Position numbers and translations under genes: made by a program | Notes under the pieces: model-generated | Databases searched by the model: none | What the model saw: only the letters and a program-made list of their open reading frames with translations | Told to the model about the DNA's origin: nothing | Shown here: positions 51,820 to 64,000 of the stretch, piece by piece | Layout of the letters: every line of letters begins with the position of its first letter | How positions within the stretch are numbered: the stretch's first letter is position 1 | NCBI GenBank assembly: GCA_030390025.1 | Contig: CM059432.1 | Location: 112,160,001 to 112,224,000 of the forward strand | Length of the DNA stretch: 64,000 bases | Direction: 5' to 3' | Source: Squalus acanthias | Taxonomy: Eukaryota

Positions 51820-54800
51820 TATGTTCTTGTCTGAAGAGATTTAAAACAACGAGGTAGTGGAAGTGGCCCCGTACTGTTTTAGCAGCAATTTACTGTCCCA
51901 CAATGTGACAGGAAGAAAGTTGCCATGTTATTCTCCATAATGAATTCCCAATCTCAGCTGTGCTGGTGGTGCCTCAAACTAAGTAAAGATCAGGTACTTC
52001 GTCACAAGGAGGTCGGAAGAGTCAGAGGGCCAGTCATCCTTGGGCTGTTGTTGTGCATTTCCTAGCAACAAGCTAGAAAAAGGCATTTATACCCAATTAT
52101 TAGACTTCACAAAAAAGAAAGGTAGGGATTCCTGACTGCCTTTGTTGCTTATGCTAATGACTCTCTTAATTTGGTACCCTATTAAAATAAATCTCTCCTA
52201 TATAAGGTAGATCCTCCCCTCCCCAGAGGCGACGAATGAGTTAATTTAAGACTGAATGGCAGCAACCTGTCTGGCATGTTTGTGCCACTCAAGAATGAGT
52301 GGCAGCAGCATCTGCTTTTGCATATTGGGTCTAATGGTAGCTGGAAGTATCACACATCTGGGCATTGTACATACTCCTTATATATTCCTTATAGTAGACA
52401 GCAAGAAGAAAAAGCTATTGATGAGTTTGAAAAAAAGATACCTTGAAAAAAACACTTTGCTTCATTAATTTGTTTTAACGTTAATTTGTTCTTTTTACCA
52501 TTTATCTGTAATTTTTTTTAATTTCAGGAAAAATCTAATATGTAATGTGCACTCTAGTTGCCTTGAACGTGCATTGTGTTTCTCGTTTGCTGATTATGTG
52601 AGCTCGGCTCCTTTGCTGGTCGATGATAAGCTGAAATTTCCATGTTCTCTGCATAATTAATCCATCTCTGCCTCTCTTCATGCCAACTCGGCTGTTATCA
52701 CCAGCGGATGCCTGAATGCAAGGAATCCGCTCTTGAATTGGAGCGTATTGATATTCTGAAAAAAACTGAAAATCCTTAAGTTTAAGCCGCAGATTGTTAA
52801 ATGGATTAATTTTTTTCCTGCAAACCCCAGCAATCGGCCCCCTGATCTAACAGAGTAGGACAGCCACAGCAAATTGAAAGTGCGTCCTGTTTGCATAGAT
52901 CACTCCGGAGGACTGGAGTTTACAAGGCAGTAATTGGCAACCCTTTTCCAATGAAATTACCATGCATTTGCATCATGTAAAAGAACTTATCATCGTGAAA
53001 AATTAAATGAGTTGCTCAGAAGATGCCTGCTGAGGGATGATAACAATTCCAAATTTCTTACTACAATACAGGCTTTGATATAAGCCGATCACTGAGTTCA
53101 GATTATTAATACAAATGCTTATCTCATAATATCAAAGATTGAAGTGCACATTCCTAAAAATCAGCAACTTGTCAAAAGCTGAAAAGCTGCAAATAAATAT
53201 TCACCTATAGACACCTATATCACAGCAATATCTTTGGAATTAAGCTGCATTTTTGCTACCATTTTTGCTAATCTCAGTGATTTAGTCACACATTTTTGTT
53301 TAACCTAATTAAACCTGGTAGGAATCTAATTTAAATCTGACACCAGTATATACAAAAATAATTCAGAGTTCCTCTTAATGCTAAATAATGTGATAACAAT
53401 TTTCATCAAAATTCAAGACAACATGTTTCAATTATTTAGATATTTGTCTTTAATATTATGTTCTAACACTATCATACATTAATCCTACAAGACTGCACCA
53501 ACATTTCTCCACATCTCTAAATAATGTGCATATATTTTGGTGGTATCATTATGGTTTTCATCAGAATACATCATTACACGTTTCCATTTTGTTCGCTATG
53601 TTTTGAAGAACAGACACCGCAACTATTATGTGGTGAAAAACATTTGTTTTGCAGAAACTTGAAAGCTATTCTGTCCTGAAAGTGTTAATTCAACACAACA
53701 GGTTTCACAAAAATAGTAATACAGTAGTAGTGTTTTGATTGTGCTTTTGCAAGTCAGCACTTCTGACGTAATCAGTGTATGATGCTAACATTGATGCTCA
53801 GTGATGATCTTTAATTGATGCTATTAAACTTGTAACTAAAATTAAAAAGAGGAATAAAGATTTATTCAGGTGTTTATACAAGCTATCGAAGACGATAATT
53901 ATGGTAATTATTATGTATCTAGAAACAGCATGTGCCAAAGCACTACAACTTTGAATTTTGATATATGAGAGACAGTGGTGGTAGATGGGGGAACAGAAAT
54001 CAAGAGACACCTTATAATCATGTTTAACTTTTAAAAATGATTTTATAAATAAATGTGATTCCTAAGCTGTGTTTGGGTAGTAATACTGGAAGTAAAGCCA
54101 TAATAATCTCTTTCTTCTGTAGGAAACCACCCCCTTGAGATTTGTACATGGAGTATTTTGTTCTCATTACATTTCACAACAAATACTACATGGATGTTCA
54201 TTTTCAAAGCTCGCTGTTAATGTAACAGAAAATAGAGTAATAATGGATTAACATGACTCTTAATTATAGCTTCTTCAGCTTCAGCTCTTCACATATATAA
54301 ATGTCTACCCCAGTACTCAGTCTTTCTAGACAGAACTATTACTTTTTCCATTGTATACAATTTGTTGATTTACACAAATAAACTTCCAATTACAATAAGT
54401 TGTATTTTTTTAAGATTTGATTCTACAAAATATTCTACAGTAATCCCTAGTATTATTTTATTTAAAAGATTTATGATCCCACAATACTTTTGATGAAATC
54501 ACTTGTACTTACTAACAAAAATTACCATTTTATATCCATATATTTTTAAAGAAATCAGAAAGGTTTATAAAATGAAATTGAAACCATTACTTTCAATTTC
54601 TGTGTTCACGTTCTTGTGTGCTTGTCATGATGTTTTGGTATTTTAACATGTAAGGAAATCAGAACCAACATCTATGTACAATTTTAAAAGATCATATTTA
54701 AGTAGGTAGAACTTGCACATTCTAAATTACTCCCGGGTCTCTGTGGGCAGGACTAAGTACTTATAGGAAGGGAGGGAGACCTCAGAAAATAAAATCCAAT

Positions 54801-57286
54801 TGCAGATGACCTTATAAAAAATATGTACCAGCCATTTTTGAGAATAAAGTAGCTGCCTTGACCAAAGATAACTCTTTAAAAAATCTTTAACTGTAATTCT
54901 TACAACCAAAGCATTTTTAGGAATTTCTTTTTTAATTTAAAAAAGTACATATTTCTATTAATTAGGAGAGCTCTCTCTCAAATGGTCACTTTTAATTACC
55001 TCGGTGCTCCCTCAATGTCAGGTATAAAGGTAGATGTAGTAGCAAACCTATTGAGCAAACCTCATAATTTAACCTCTTAGAGACATAATAGTTATAATAG
55101 TAATTCCACTCTTAAAATATAATTAAGGAAGGTCAACTTTCTTAAGTGGTGATATTGGCCAATTTTTTTTCCATGTTTGAAGTAATTTTAGCAAAAGGCA
55201 AGAACAACAATCAATTTTACTATACATGTTATATTTACATACAATATGCTTGAATATAAAAGGAGACTTAAGATTTAATATAAAAGACCATCTAATGTTA
55301 TGTTCTTTTCCTTATAATTTTATTGTCCTTTCTGACTTGTTCCTATGAAAACATCAAATTTATACATAGAGAACAATTAGATAGTAATCCCAGAAATCTT
55401 AGTATTGTTAAAAAATATAGGCACAGGACAAAATGCTGAAAACAAGCATTCAATCTTGAAACTGCAATCCTGGTATATTGAAAATAAATTGGAAATATTC
55501 ATACTATTCTGTTTCATATAATATAAGTAACTGTATCTTGACTGACGATTATATTAGTTCACCAACTCTAATGTAATATTTAATTGACATATTATGTCAG
55601 ACAACTATACATACTCCCTAATTATAACTCGCCAGTATCAAGTCTTTATTCTTCAATGGAATTCCTTTGGTAACCTGTACTCCCTTGGTGTTTGTCCATT
55701 ACACAAACATATATAGACTCTGCAAATGGACTGAATTTCAAATCCATGTTTTTCCTCTAGGGAATAGAATGAAACCTAATCCATGAGAAGAACAGCAAAA
55801 TCCTTCCAGACTGATCAAGCTTCTTACAGTCACTTTGTTCTCTGGTAGATTTCTCTCCGTTTTGACAGAATAATCATATTTACAGTGGTAAAGCACTGAG
55901 ATTATGAGTATCCTGAAACTTGCTGTGGTATACAGCAGTTTGAAGATGTTGACACAGTATACAATGTTGAATGTTATATGCCGGCTATAATGTCCTGATC
56001 TTCATTATTTGATGTCAAACAGCAGAACGTGATGCACAGTTAATAAATGTAGAATGCATGTTCAGCACCTTAAACTCAAATCATTAAATTTCAAACACTT
56101 ATTTTGGCACAGAACAACATCAAATCAAAATAAATTGAACGAGCTTGAGTGCACATATGCACCAGTAATTCACAAATGCAGATAAACAAGTTACTGGACC
56201 AAATCATCTAGATAAAATGTAAACAGATGAAGTTACTTCTGATGTGTCCTCAATAGCACTGCATTGAAAAAATATAAGGACTTAATTGTTTGCTCAAACA
56301 CCCATAAAGAGCATAGTTACAAAACAGAAATCCAACCAAAAGGTTCAACTGGATCCATAAAGCACAAGAGTGAAGCTTGAGTGGGTTATAAAGCAAATGT
56401 GACCCCCAAGATTAGGTAATACCTTAAATTCAGTGAGTGGCATTTTTTGTTGTAAATTTTCATTGTTTTTTTTTACAATTTAGCCACTACACTTCCAGTT
56501 TGAAGATAACACAGTTGTGTCAATTTTATGATGAAAGAGCTGAAAATATTTTGAATTTGAGATGTGATATATTGAATTTGACCTGCAGCACTTCAATGTT
56601 TTAAACAGTGAATTACAGGGAAATTCATTTGTATAAATTTAAATGCAGTAGAATACAAACTTTATCCCATGAGGGAGATGTGTTGATCCTACATGTAATA
56701 AATTCTATGTTGAATTACTAAACTTAACAAACTGTTGTAACATTGCCTAAGTATGATAATACAATTTCAATATCAACTGTATTTTGGCCTGGATTATGAG
56801 GCAGCACTTTAATACTTCCCATGTCTTTATGTAAAGCAGATGTTGCTCTCCCTGATGATTTTGTCACCATTTTAAAAATCCCATAAAAGATGACTGAATG
56901 CGAAATTATGGTCCTCAATGACCACATATTTTAATAACTTCTTATGAGGCTAGTTTCGATTTCTAACTTAATGAAATATTAAGACTAAGAATCATCAAGA
57001 ACAAGCTTATCTTCTATTTCTTATATTGAACTGTGATTTTGGAATATATTTATGTTTACAATGCCATAGATTCACACTGGGCTGGCACTGGGACAAAATG
57101 TTGAAATATTAGGGGAAATTTAACAAAATTGAATACCGTGAATTCCTCTGCATAGGCCACACAATCTTCATAGCATGAAAATTGTGAGGGGGCGGAATAC
57201 AAATTCTTGGCATATGCACCTAGCTGGCGAAGCTCCATGCTGGGGCGTGACTTCATAAGATTACCTCTATGCTGTTGAACCACAGA

Positions 57287-57725
57287 GTCAGCTGTAGCTC
57301 AGTGGGTAGCACTCTCGTCCCCGAGTCAGAAGATCATGGGTCCAATCCTCACTCCAGAGACTTGAGCACCAAATCTAGACTGACACTTCAGTGCAGTACT
57401 GAAGGAGTGCTGCACTGCACTGTCTTTCAGATGAGACGTTAAAGCAAGCTCTCAGGGGGACTTAAAAGATCCCATGGCACTATTCGAAGAAAAGCAGGTG
57501 AGTTCTCACGGTGACTTGGCCAATATTTATCTCTCAACCAACACCTAAAAACAGATGATATGATCATTGCTGTTTGTGGGATCTTGCTGTGCGTACAGTT
57601 GCTGTCGCGTATCCTACATTACAACAGTGACTACACTTTAAAAGTACTTCATTGGCTGTAAAGTGCTTTGGGAAGCCCTGAGGTCGTGAAAGGTGCTATA
57701 TAAATGTAAGTTCTTCCTTTTTTTT
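57287..57725 (+). mobile_element. SacSINE1/Deu-domain-type tRNA SINE, full length
   Basis: Head GTCAGCTGTAGCTCAGTGGGTAGCACTCTCG, body GGAGTGCTGCACTG...AAAGATCCCATGGCACTATTCGAAGAA...CATTGCTGTTTGTGGGATCTTGCTGTG and a T-rich tail. Homologous to 45141-48550. Confidence 0.87.
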
Positions 57726-58358
57726 GAGTTCTGGGGACCGCATAAAGGAGGAAATTAGCCCTAGCTCCTTGCACTTGAATAAATTATGCAAATAGTTAGG
57801 TACCATACATATATTCAATGGTCTGTTCCTCCAAACAAGTGATATAAGCATGTATAGTACATTTTGTGAGGTGCCACTCCTGATTTAGAACCTCGCTTGA
57901 CAGCAGCATGAACTGGTGAAAAAAGCGCGGTAGTCAGCACTGTAGATCTGTGGTGCACTCAATTTTCTAGTGGTTATTTTAACAACTGGAATTTGGGAGT
58001 GTAGTGAATTGAGCATTCTAACCTCTGTGCCACATTCTCTAATCTGCACTTCCAGCGAATTATATTCCATGTCAGGAGTGGAGCCTTGCAAAAACATAGG
58101 TCAAAAACAGTAGTACAAATACTGCCTTGTTGAGGTTCAATTCGTAAAACTGTAAAGTAGACATACAGAAAACTTGAAAAACTTAAATATTTAACAATAC
58201 TCTTCATTTCATGATGTCCTTGTACTACCATCACAATATGATTAAGTTTCATATCATGTTTCTGATTGGATAATGCCCATTGAATATGAATTAGTTCCCT
58301 GCTTAGACTAATAGGAGGAAAGTGTCTCCTTGCTCTGTGCCAGTTAAGAGGAACCTAA

Positions 58359-58482
58359 GTGAAATGAGTTTAGACAGTCTCAATTCAGTTGTTAGTGCGC
58401 GTAAGTCCACATCATAAAACTAGCTCTAGTTCATCACTAACTGCCACTAAATTGACAGTCTCTCCCAAAGTGACCATAAGGA
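58359..58482 (+). mobile_element. Possible ancient LF-SINE-like fragment
   Basis: GTGAAATGAGTTT...GTCTCAATTCAGTT...TAGTG...GTCCACATCATAAAAC...CACTAACTGCCAC...TTGACAGTCTC resembles the LF-SINE core as recalled from memory; not verified by alignment. Confidence 0.45.
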
Positions 58483-59873
58483 TGACTAGTGCGGGAAATG
58501 GAAATGTCACACTGGTCCCATGCTAACAATTTGCAATCATTTTCCATTCCACTGATTAGTCAAAAAAGTGATTGCAAGGTACTGGCACATCATCAAACAA
58601 CCATTTTGAGGAAGATAATTCAAGCAGGGCTGACTTAATGGCAGTACCCATTGTAAATGTGATTTAGACATGAAGGGAGCAATTTTCACCAGATAATTTA
58701 AGTGCTAAGGAGCCTTCGAGGTGGCCAAGTTGGGGTCTTAAGCTGCAACACCGGTTTAGCCCGCGTTTAGCACGAGAGGCCATCTTGGTAAAGGAGTTGA
58801 AGCCAGCACTAGGAACGGCCGCCCAGAGGCTCGTTAAACAGCTGATTGCCACTTAAAATGCCTGCTGGCGGTCATTGAAAAGGCTGCAAGGCATTTTTGT
58901 GGTTAGTGCTTCAACTATCACCCTCTCTTAACAGCGACCAGCTGTTTGGGAGTAAACACAGCGTTGATGTCAATTCAAGCGCTACTTAAAGGGGATACTC
59001 AACATTTCATGTTCATTGCTGCTGGAGCTGTGACGAGGACCTCTGAAACACATCAGGAGACTTTCTGGGTCACTTTGGGCTGGAATTTACCTTTTGATGG
59101 CTTGTGGGCGGGACAGCTGCCTTCCAGGTTCCGATCCCACCCCCAATGAAGTCCGACGCACAGACGCTATTTTGCGTCAATTGGCCTTGTTAAGCCCGCC
59201 CTGCGGGCTTGCCGGCCAATTAAGAGAAAACCGGTGTCAGATGACGCCAGTTGATGACGCGTCATCTGCCGTTTTTTTTAAAGGGGCCAAGCGCAATTTT
59301 TTTGGACAGGTGATTTTTCAGTGTTTGACAGCATTGAGGTGCTGCAAACACTGAGGGCTCGATTTTGCCAGGCCCGAGGAGGTGGGAATGGAGGCGTGTG
59401 AGTTGTATAAACTGCTAAAAATGGCGGGCGGCTCAGATCCCACCTCCATCCCGCCTCCGAGCAATTTTCCCACATTCGTGGTTTCAGACCCCGTTTCCAA
59501 GAGGCGGGATAGGCCCTTAGGGCCCTTAACTATCAGTTAATTGCCCTATAATCCCATTTTGAGAGGCCTTTCTGAATTTAAGACATTTCCCCCTGTGCTG
59601 CACGTCTCCTCTGGAGCACGCCAGTTAATCCTGGTGGCCTCACAAGTGGATTGCTTACTAACAGCTGCAGCTCCACCATTAAAATGGACTTTTCACCAAT
59701 GATCATTTGCAGGTGGCAGAACTTTGTTGTCTCAGGTCTGGGGGAACTTTTAGCAGGCCTACTCATTGTTGTGGAAGTTTGGAGCCTGACACCCATCTCC
59801 AATGTGACCTCCTGGGAAACCCCACTCCCCACATTGACTGAGCGAATCCTCAACTGAGGTATATACCAGAAGC

Positions 59874-61114
59874 ATGAGAACCATTTATTTCCTTTCCTCC
59901 TGGACATCAGATTCCGATGAAGACCAGCCACGGCAGCAGCAGAACCCTGAACAACAGCAGCACCAACAGCAGGGGCAACAACAGGAGCTCCAAGCTGCTG
60001 CTCACCCACCTAAAGCTGCACAGAAGGCCCTAGCGCATGGAAGCACGTCGGCGCAGGAGATACCCCCCAAAACAGGGTTTACAGACAGAGGATCCGCTAC
60101 CTCAATATGACGGAACAGCAGTGTCAAAGGAGGCTCAGACTTTCACGAGAGGTAGTCGCTGACATCTGCAAAATGCTGCAGCAAGACCTGGAGCCCAGAG
60201 GATCCGGTGGACACCCCTTACCAGTGGCCGTTAAAGTCACCACCGCACTCAACTTTTTTGCTTCAGGCTCATTCCAGGGATCAGCAGCAGACATCAGTGG
60301 CGTATCCCAGGCGGCCGCACACACTTGCATCACACAGGTAACTGATGCCCTCTTTGCCATCGCGCACAATTACATCAACTTCTCCAAGGATTAAGCAAGT
60401 GCAACTGCGCGTGCGGTTGGGTTTGCCAATCTGGCAGGCTTTCCAAAGGTACAGGGCATCGTTGACTGCATACATGTGGCCCTTAAGTCACCCCATCACA
60501 ATCCAGGTATTTTTGTCAACCGCAAGGGCTTCCACTCCCTCAACGTACAGCTGGTGTGTGACCACAATAAGGAAATTTTGCATGTTTGCACCAAGTACCC
60601 TGGCAGTTGCTATGACTCCTTCATCCTGCGTCAGTCTAGTGTGCCTCCACTCTTCAGCCCACCAGACCAACTTTTCGGATGGCTACTTGGAGACAAGGGA
60701 TATCCCCTGAAGACGTGGCTAATGATGCCATTGAGGAGCCCTTCCAACGACGCTGAGGAGTGCTACAACTCCAGCCACATTTCCACCAGATCCATAATCG
60801 AGCAAACCATCGGCTTGCTGAAGATGCGATTCAGATGCCTTGATAGATCAGGTGGAGCCCTGCAGTACTCAGCAGCCAGGGACTCCAGAATCATCCTGGT
60901 CTGCTGTGCACTTCACAACATGGCACAGCATCGTGGCTTGCAGATGACTGAGGTACAAGTGGCTGATCGCATAGCCTCTTCAGATGAGGAGGAGGAGGAG
61001 GAGGACACCGACAACGAACACACTGCGGAGGCACATCGACCAGCGGCACCAGCACGCAAGCACATTGCTGCCCGGGATGCAAGGGACGCACTCATCTTGG
61101 CCAGATTTTCTTAG
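59874..61114 (+). pseudogene. HARBI1-like Harbinger DDE transposase, disrupted
   Basis: Reads RLRLSRE...[11 protein letters not shown]...[14 protein letters not shown]...[15 protein letters not shown]...[11 protein letters not shown]...LLGDKGYP...[27 protein letters not shown]...CCALHN. There is a frameshift near 60040-60070 and an in-frame TAA at 60392-60394. Confidence 0.93.
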
Positions 61115-61513
61115 CCTGCACAATCAAACACGTTTGCATCGCACCTTCTTACCAGAGCATCAACAATGGACAAGAACCTGCGGATTCCTATCACTCTGAC
61201 CTCAATACTGACAATTGCAAGTCACCTTAAGGCCTCAATGTGGAAGTCCCATTTGTAAAATGACACAGGCCACAACTTCAACAGTTTGCCATCAAATTTG
61301 TTTATCATCACAATTCACGGATGTCTTTTCAAAAATAATCACAACAGAACACCCAAGTGACTACCCTTGTGACTACTTGTGCTTTATCTTCCTCTTACGT
61401 GTGCTCCTAGGTGGTGCTTCCCCTGTGGCTTCAGCAGATGTGGAGGCCCCTTGCTCACTTTCTTGCTGCTCCTGTCTCGACACCTTTGGCAGGCGTCCTT
61501 TGGGGTTGCGAGT

Positions 61514-63358
61514 CTATGAGGGCTCGGCAACAATCTGCTGCTCCTGCAGCTGTGCAGGGGCTGAGACGACCATCTCAGTTGGGTGAGGACTCTGGTGGGG
61601 CTCTGACCGAGGACTTTGCAGTGGCATGGTCGTGTGAGCGCTTGGAGAGGAGCCCCCACTTCCTTGTTCTCTGCCACCAACATCCCTCTCATGGGTCAGC
61701 CCCACTTCAGAGCTAGCAAATGGCTTGACAGCACCTTGCTGCACTTCAGGGGGGCCATGTGGACCCATTTCTGCACTGGAAGTCCTACTCCAGAGGACTT
61801 CCATGATGGTCTGGTTTCTATGCTCAATAGCTGACCATCGCTCCTCAAGAGATGTCAGTCTATTCTGAACAATCACCATGTTTTCAATACCCTGGCGATT
61901 AAGCTCCTCCATGGCGTTGGCCATCTTCTCCTCTACCACAGCCATCCTCTCCTTTACAGTAGCCAGCCTTACCACGGAGGTAGCCATCCTTTCCACGGAG
62001 GTTGCCATCCTTTCCGTGGTGATGCGTTCATGCGCCAATGCCTCCACAAAGGCTCTGCTCATGTTCGCGATGGACTCCCCCATTCGCTCCACACTCGCAG
62101 CGACCCTGGAGACAAAACCTGCCAGAGACTCCTGCACCTGTTCCTGGAGTTCCAGCACCGCTCTCCTTCTGGATGGACCCGGAGGCACAGGGTCGACATG
62201 CAGCTGAGCCGAGCTGGCAGATTCCTGCGCCCTCCGACGAGGACTCTCCACTGCTGATCCTGTCTCCACCACCTGCTGATGCTCACTTGTGAGCTGTGAT
62301 ACACCAGGTGACAACACTACTCTATCTCGCGAAGGTCCCACCGAGGTGTGAATGTCTGCGCTGGTGCTGGGTGCGCTGAATTCTGCTGATGCTGCGCCCT
62401 CAGAGGTTGCAGCTTCCTCTGAGGAGTCTTCAGGTTCAGGCTCTTCCTCCTGGACAGGAGGGACGGGGGCTCTCAATGGTCCTGTGGGGGAGTAAAGAAA
62501 AGAGTTAGAGATGTGAGATAAAGGTTGCATGCACATTGAATTGTGCAGATGATCATAACTCAATCTGTTAGAGCATCAGAATCATTATCAGTCACTCATG
62601 CAATGTCAATGAGAAAGATGCAAAGCTATTCTGTCACCAGCTTGCTGTGATGCGCCCGTCTGTCCGTCCCCCACTTGCGCATCATCCTCCACTACCACGA
62701 TCTCCAGGGCCGCCTCCTCTGCATTGGTGAGCTGGGCTATTGAGGGTGGCCCTCCTCCTGTCCTCGCTCTTTCCTCTTATTGTGGGCCCTCTTTTCCTGC
62801 AATGAGGTACACAAGTGGAGTTTGAGTGAGAATGAAAAAGTGAGTGTAGAGAATACATAACATAGATGCTTAGAGGGAGACAAAGATGCCAAGACCAAGG
62901 GCCCTCCCTGTGTGTTGTAAGTTGTTGGCATTGCATCACAGTGATAGGGAGTGTGAGGGCTGCATAGTCGAATAGTTCAGTGAATGTGAACATAGAGAGA
63001 GAGGGAATGGGTAAGGGTGCAGGTATGTAAGGGTGAAGTGGGATGTGCAGGAGGAGCTTGACAAAGCAGAGTGCTGATGATGAGAGGCAATGGGGATCAG
63101 ATTGAGGGTGATGGGAATGTAACACTCACTTTTCCTGTGCGGAGAAGGTCATGAAACCTCTTTCGGCATTACAGCCAGGTTCTGCTGCACATTGACCTCC
63201 TGTGCCATTTGCAGCCACACAGCTTTAGTCTGCTGGGGAGGCTTTTTCCTGTCTGAGGAAGGAAAGAGTACCTCCCTGTTTGCTCTTGCTCCCTCCACCA
63301 GAGCTTGGAGGGAGGCCTCATCAAATCTAGGTGCACACTTTGGTCTAGAGCTGGACAT
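61514..63358 (-). pseudogene. Three-exon Harbinger Myb/SANT-like gene (exons ~63358-63130, 62796-62638, 62481-61514), disrupted
   Basis: Exon 1 reads MSSSRPKCAPRFDEASLQALVEGARANREVLFP...TKAVWLQMAQEVN and, after a small deletion, CRKRFHDLLRTGK followed by GTGAGT. The same GT/AG junction sequences occur in 49293-51182. Exon 3 has heptad ERMATSV repeats (coiled coil). Confidence 0.82.
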
Positions 63359-64000
63359 ACTTGCAGAAGGAATCACTCAGAACAATGGTCACAAAGTTGA
63401 AAGGCTGAAAAAGAAGCAAGGCTGCTTGCAGGCCTTAAATCCAGCAGCATTGATGATGTCATCGGAGGCGAGTTTCTGTATGAAAAGGCTCATTGGGCCA
63501 GGGGTTCCCACACGCTGGAAATCAATTGCCCAATTCGGGCAAAATCGCACTTTTGTCCCACTTTACATCGGAGTCGGGATCCTGACACGCCCCTAGCCCG
63601 CCCCCAATGACAAAATCCAGCCCTGACAATCACTGTACAAAAGTGAGCCCTTGCACCAAGGCTCTCCAGTGACTCCCTCCTTAGGCTAGAACTGATGGCA
63701 GCTGCAGGTGAGGTTACAGAAGCGACCCGTCACTGGTGAGAGAGGTTCTCCCAATGAGGTGGGACTACACAAACAGTTCAAAACTTGTTACCTACAGAAA
63801 AGTCTAAATACATTAAAAATGATTTTCCCAACATTTTCTTACCTCTGAAACTCACCAGTGTACCATTGGATCCTTGTAACCACTTCTGCAGCTGTCAACA
63901 ATGAAGAAACATTACAGTAGACCCACAGCACGCCACACTTACTGTGGCGTGGTGTCCGGACGTCGGGAAGCCCGCAGTAGACCTGTCAAAATTGGAAAAA

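Larger units (their letters stand above)
59355..63623. mobile_element. Full-length (4.27 kb) PIF/Harbinger transposon with convergent transposase and Myb/SANT genes
   Basis: TIRs GGGCTCGATTTTGCCA / TGACAAAATCCAGCCC (14/16 match), with TGA on both sides (59352-59354 and 63624-63626). It contains two convergent genes. Confidence 0.92.

Noticed and set aside
52256..58252. Short 60-92 aa ORFs in the AT-rich region
   Set aside because: They show no recognisable domains or exon-like structure, and their lengths are as expected by chance.
60107..61114. Host HARBI1 gene
   Set aside because: It lies between TIRs with a TSD, is paired with a Myb gene, and carries a stop and a frameshift.

Overview
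Eukaryotic DNA, most likely from an elasmobranch (shark/ray), judged from HE1-type V-SINE, SacSINE1/Deu-type SINE, CR1 and Penelope repeats recognised by eye. I found no intact host protein-coding gene. Bases 1-33478 are a 21-bp tandem satellite of about 1,590 monomers (consensus CCTGGACTA[G/A]TAATCCAGAGT) with kb-scale higher-order duplications. Each monomer has the geometry of a tRNA anticodon arm (5-bp stem CTGGA/TCCAG, 7-nt loop CT-AGT/AAT-AA). The array runs directly, and in frame, into a decayed pogo/Tigger transposase that closely resembles mammalian Jerky (JRK, CENP-B family). That transposon keeps its right TIR and TA and sits inside a CR1 ORF1, which in turn abuts a Harbinger remnant. 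The rest of the window is nested TEs: CR1 LINEs, SINEs, a palindromic Penelope end carrying minimal hammerhead motifs, and a PIF/Harbinger series (a full-length two-gene element, a Myb-only derivative, MITEs) with TAT/TGA target duplications. One TE-poor AT-rich stretch (about 51.8-57.2 kb) may hold conserved non-coding elements. Family names come from recalled consensus sequences, not database searches.
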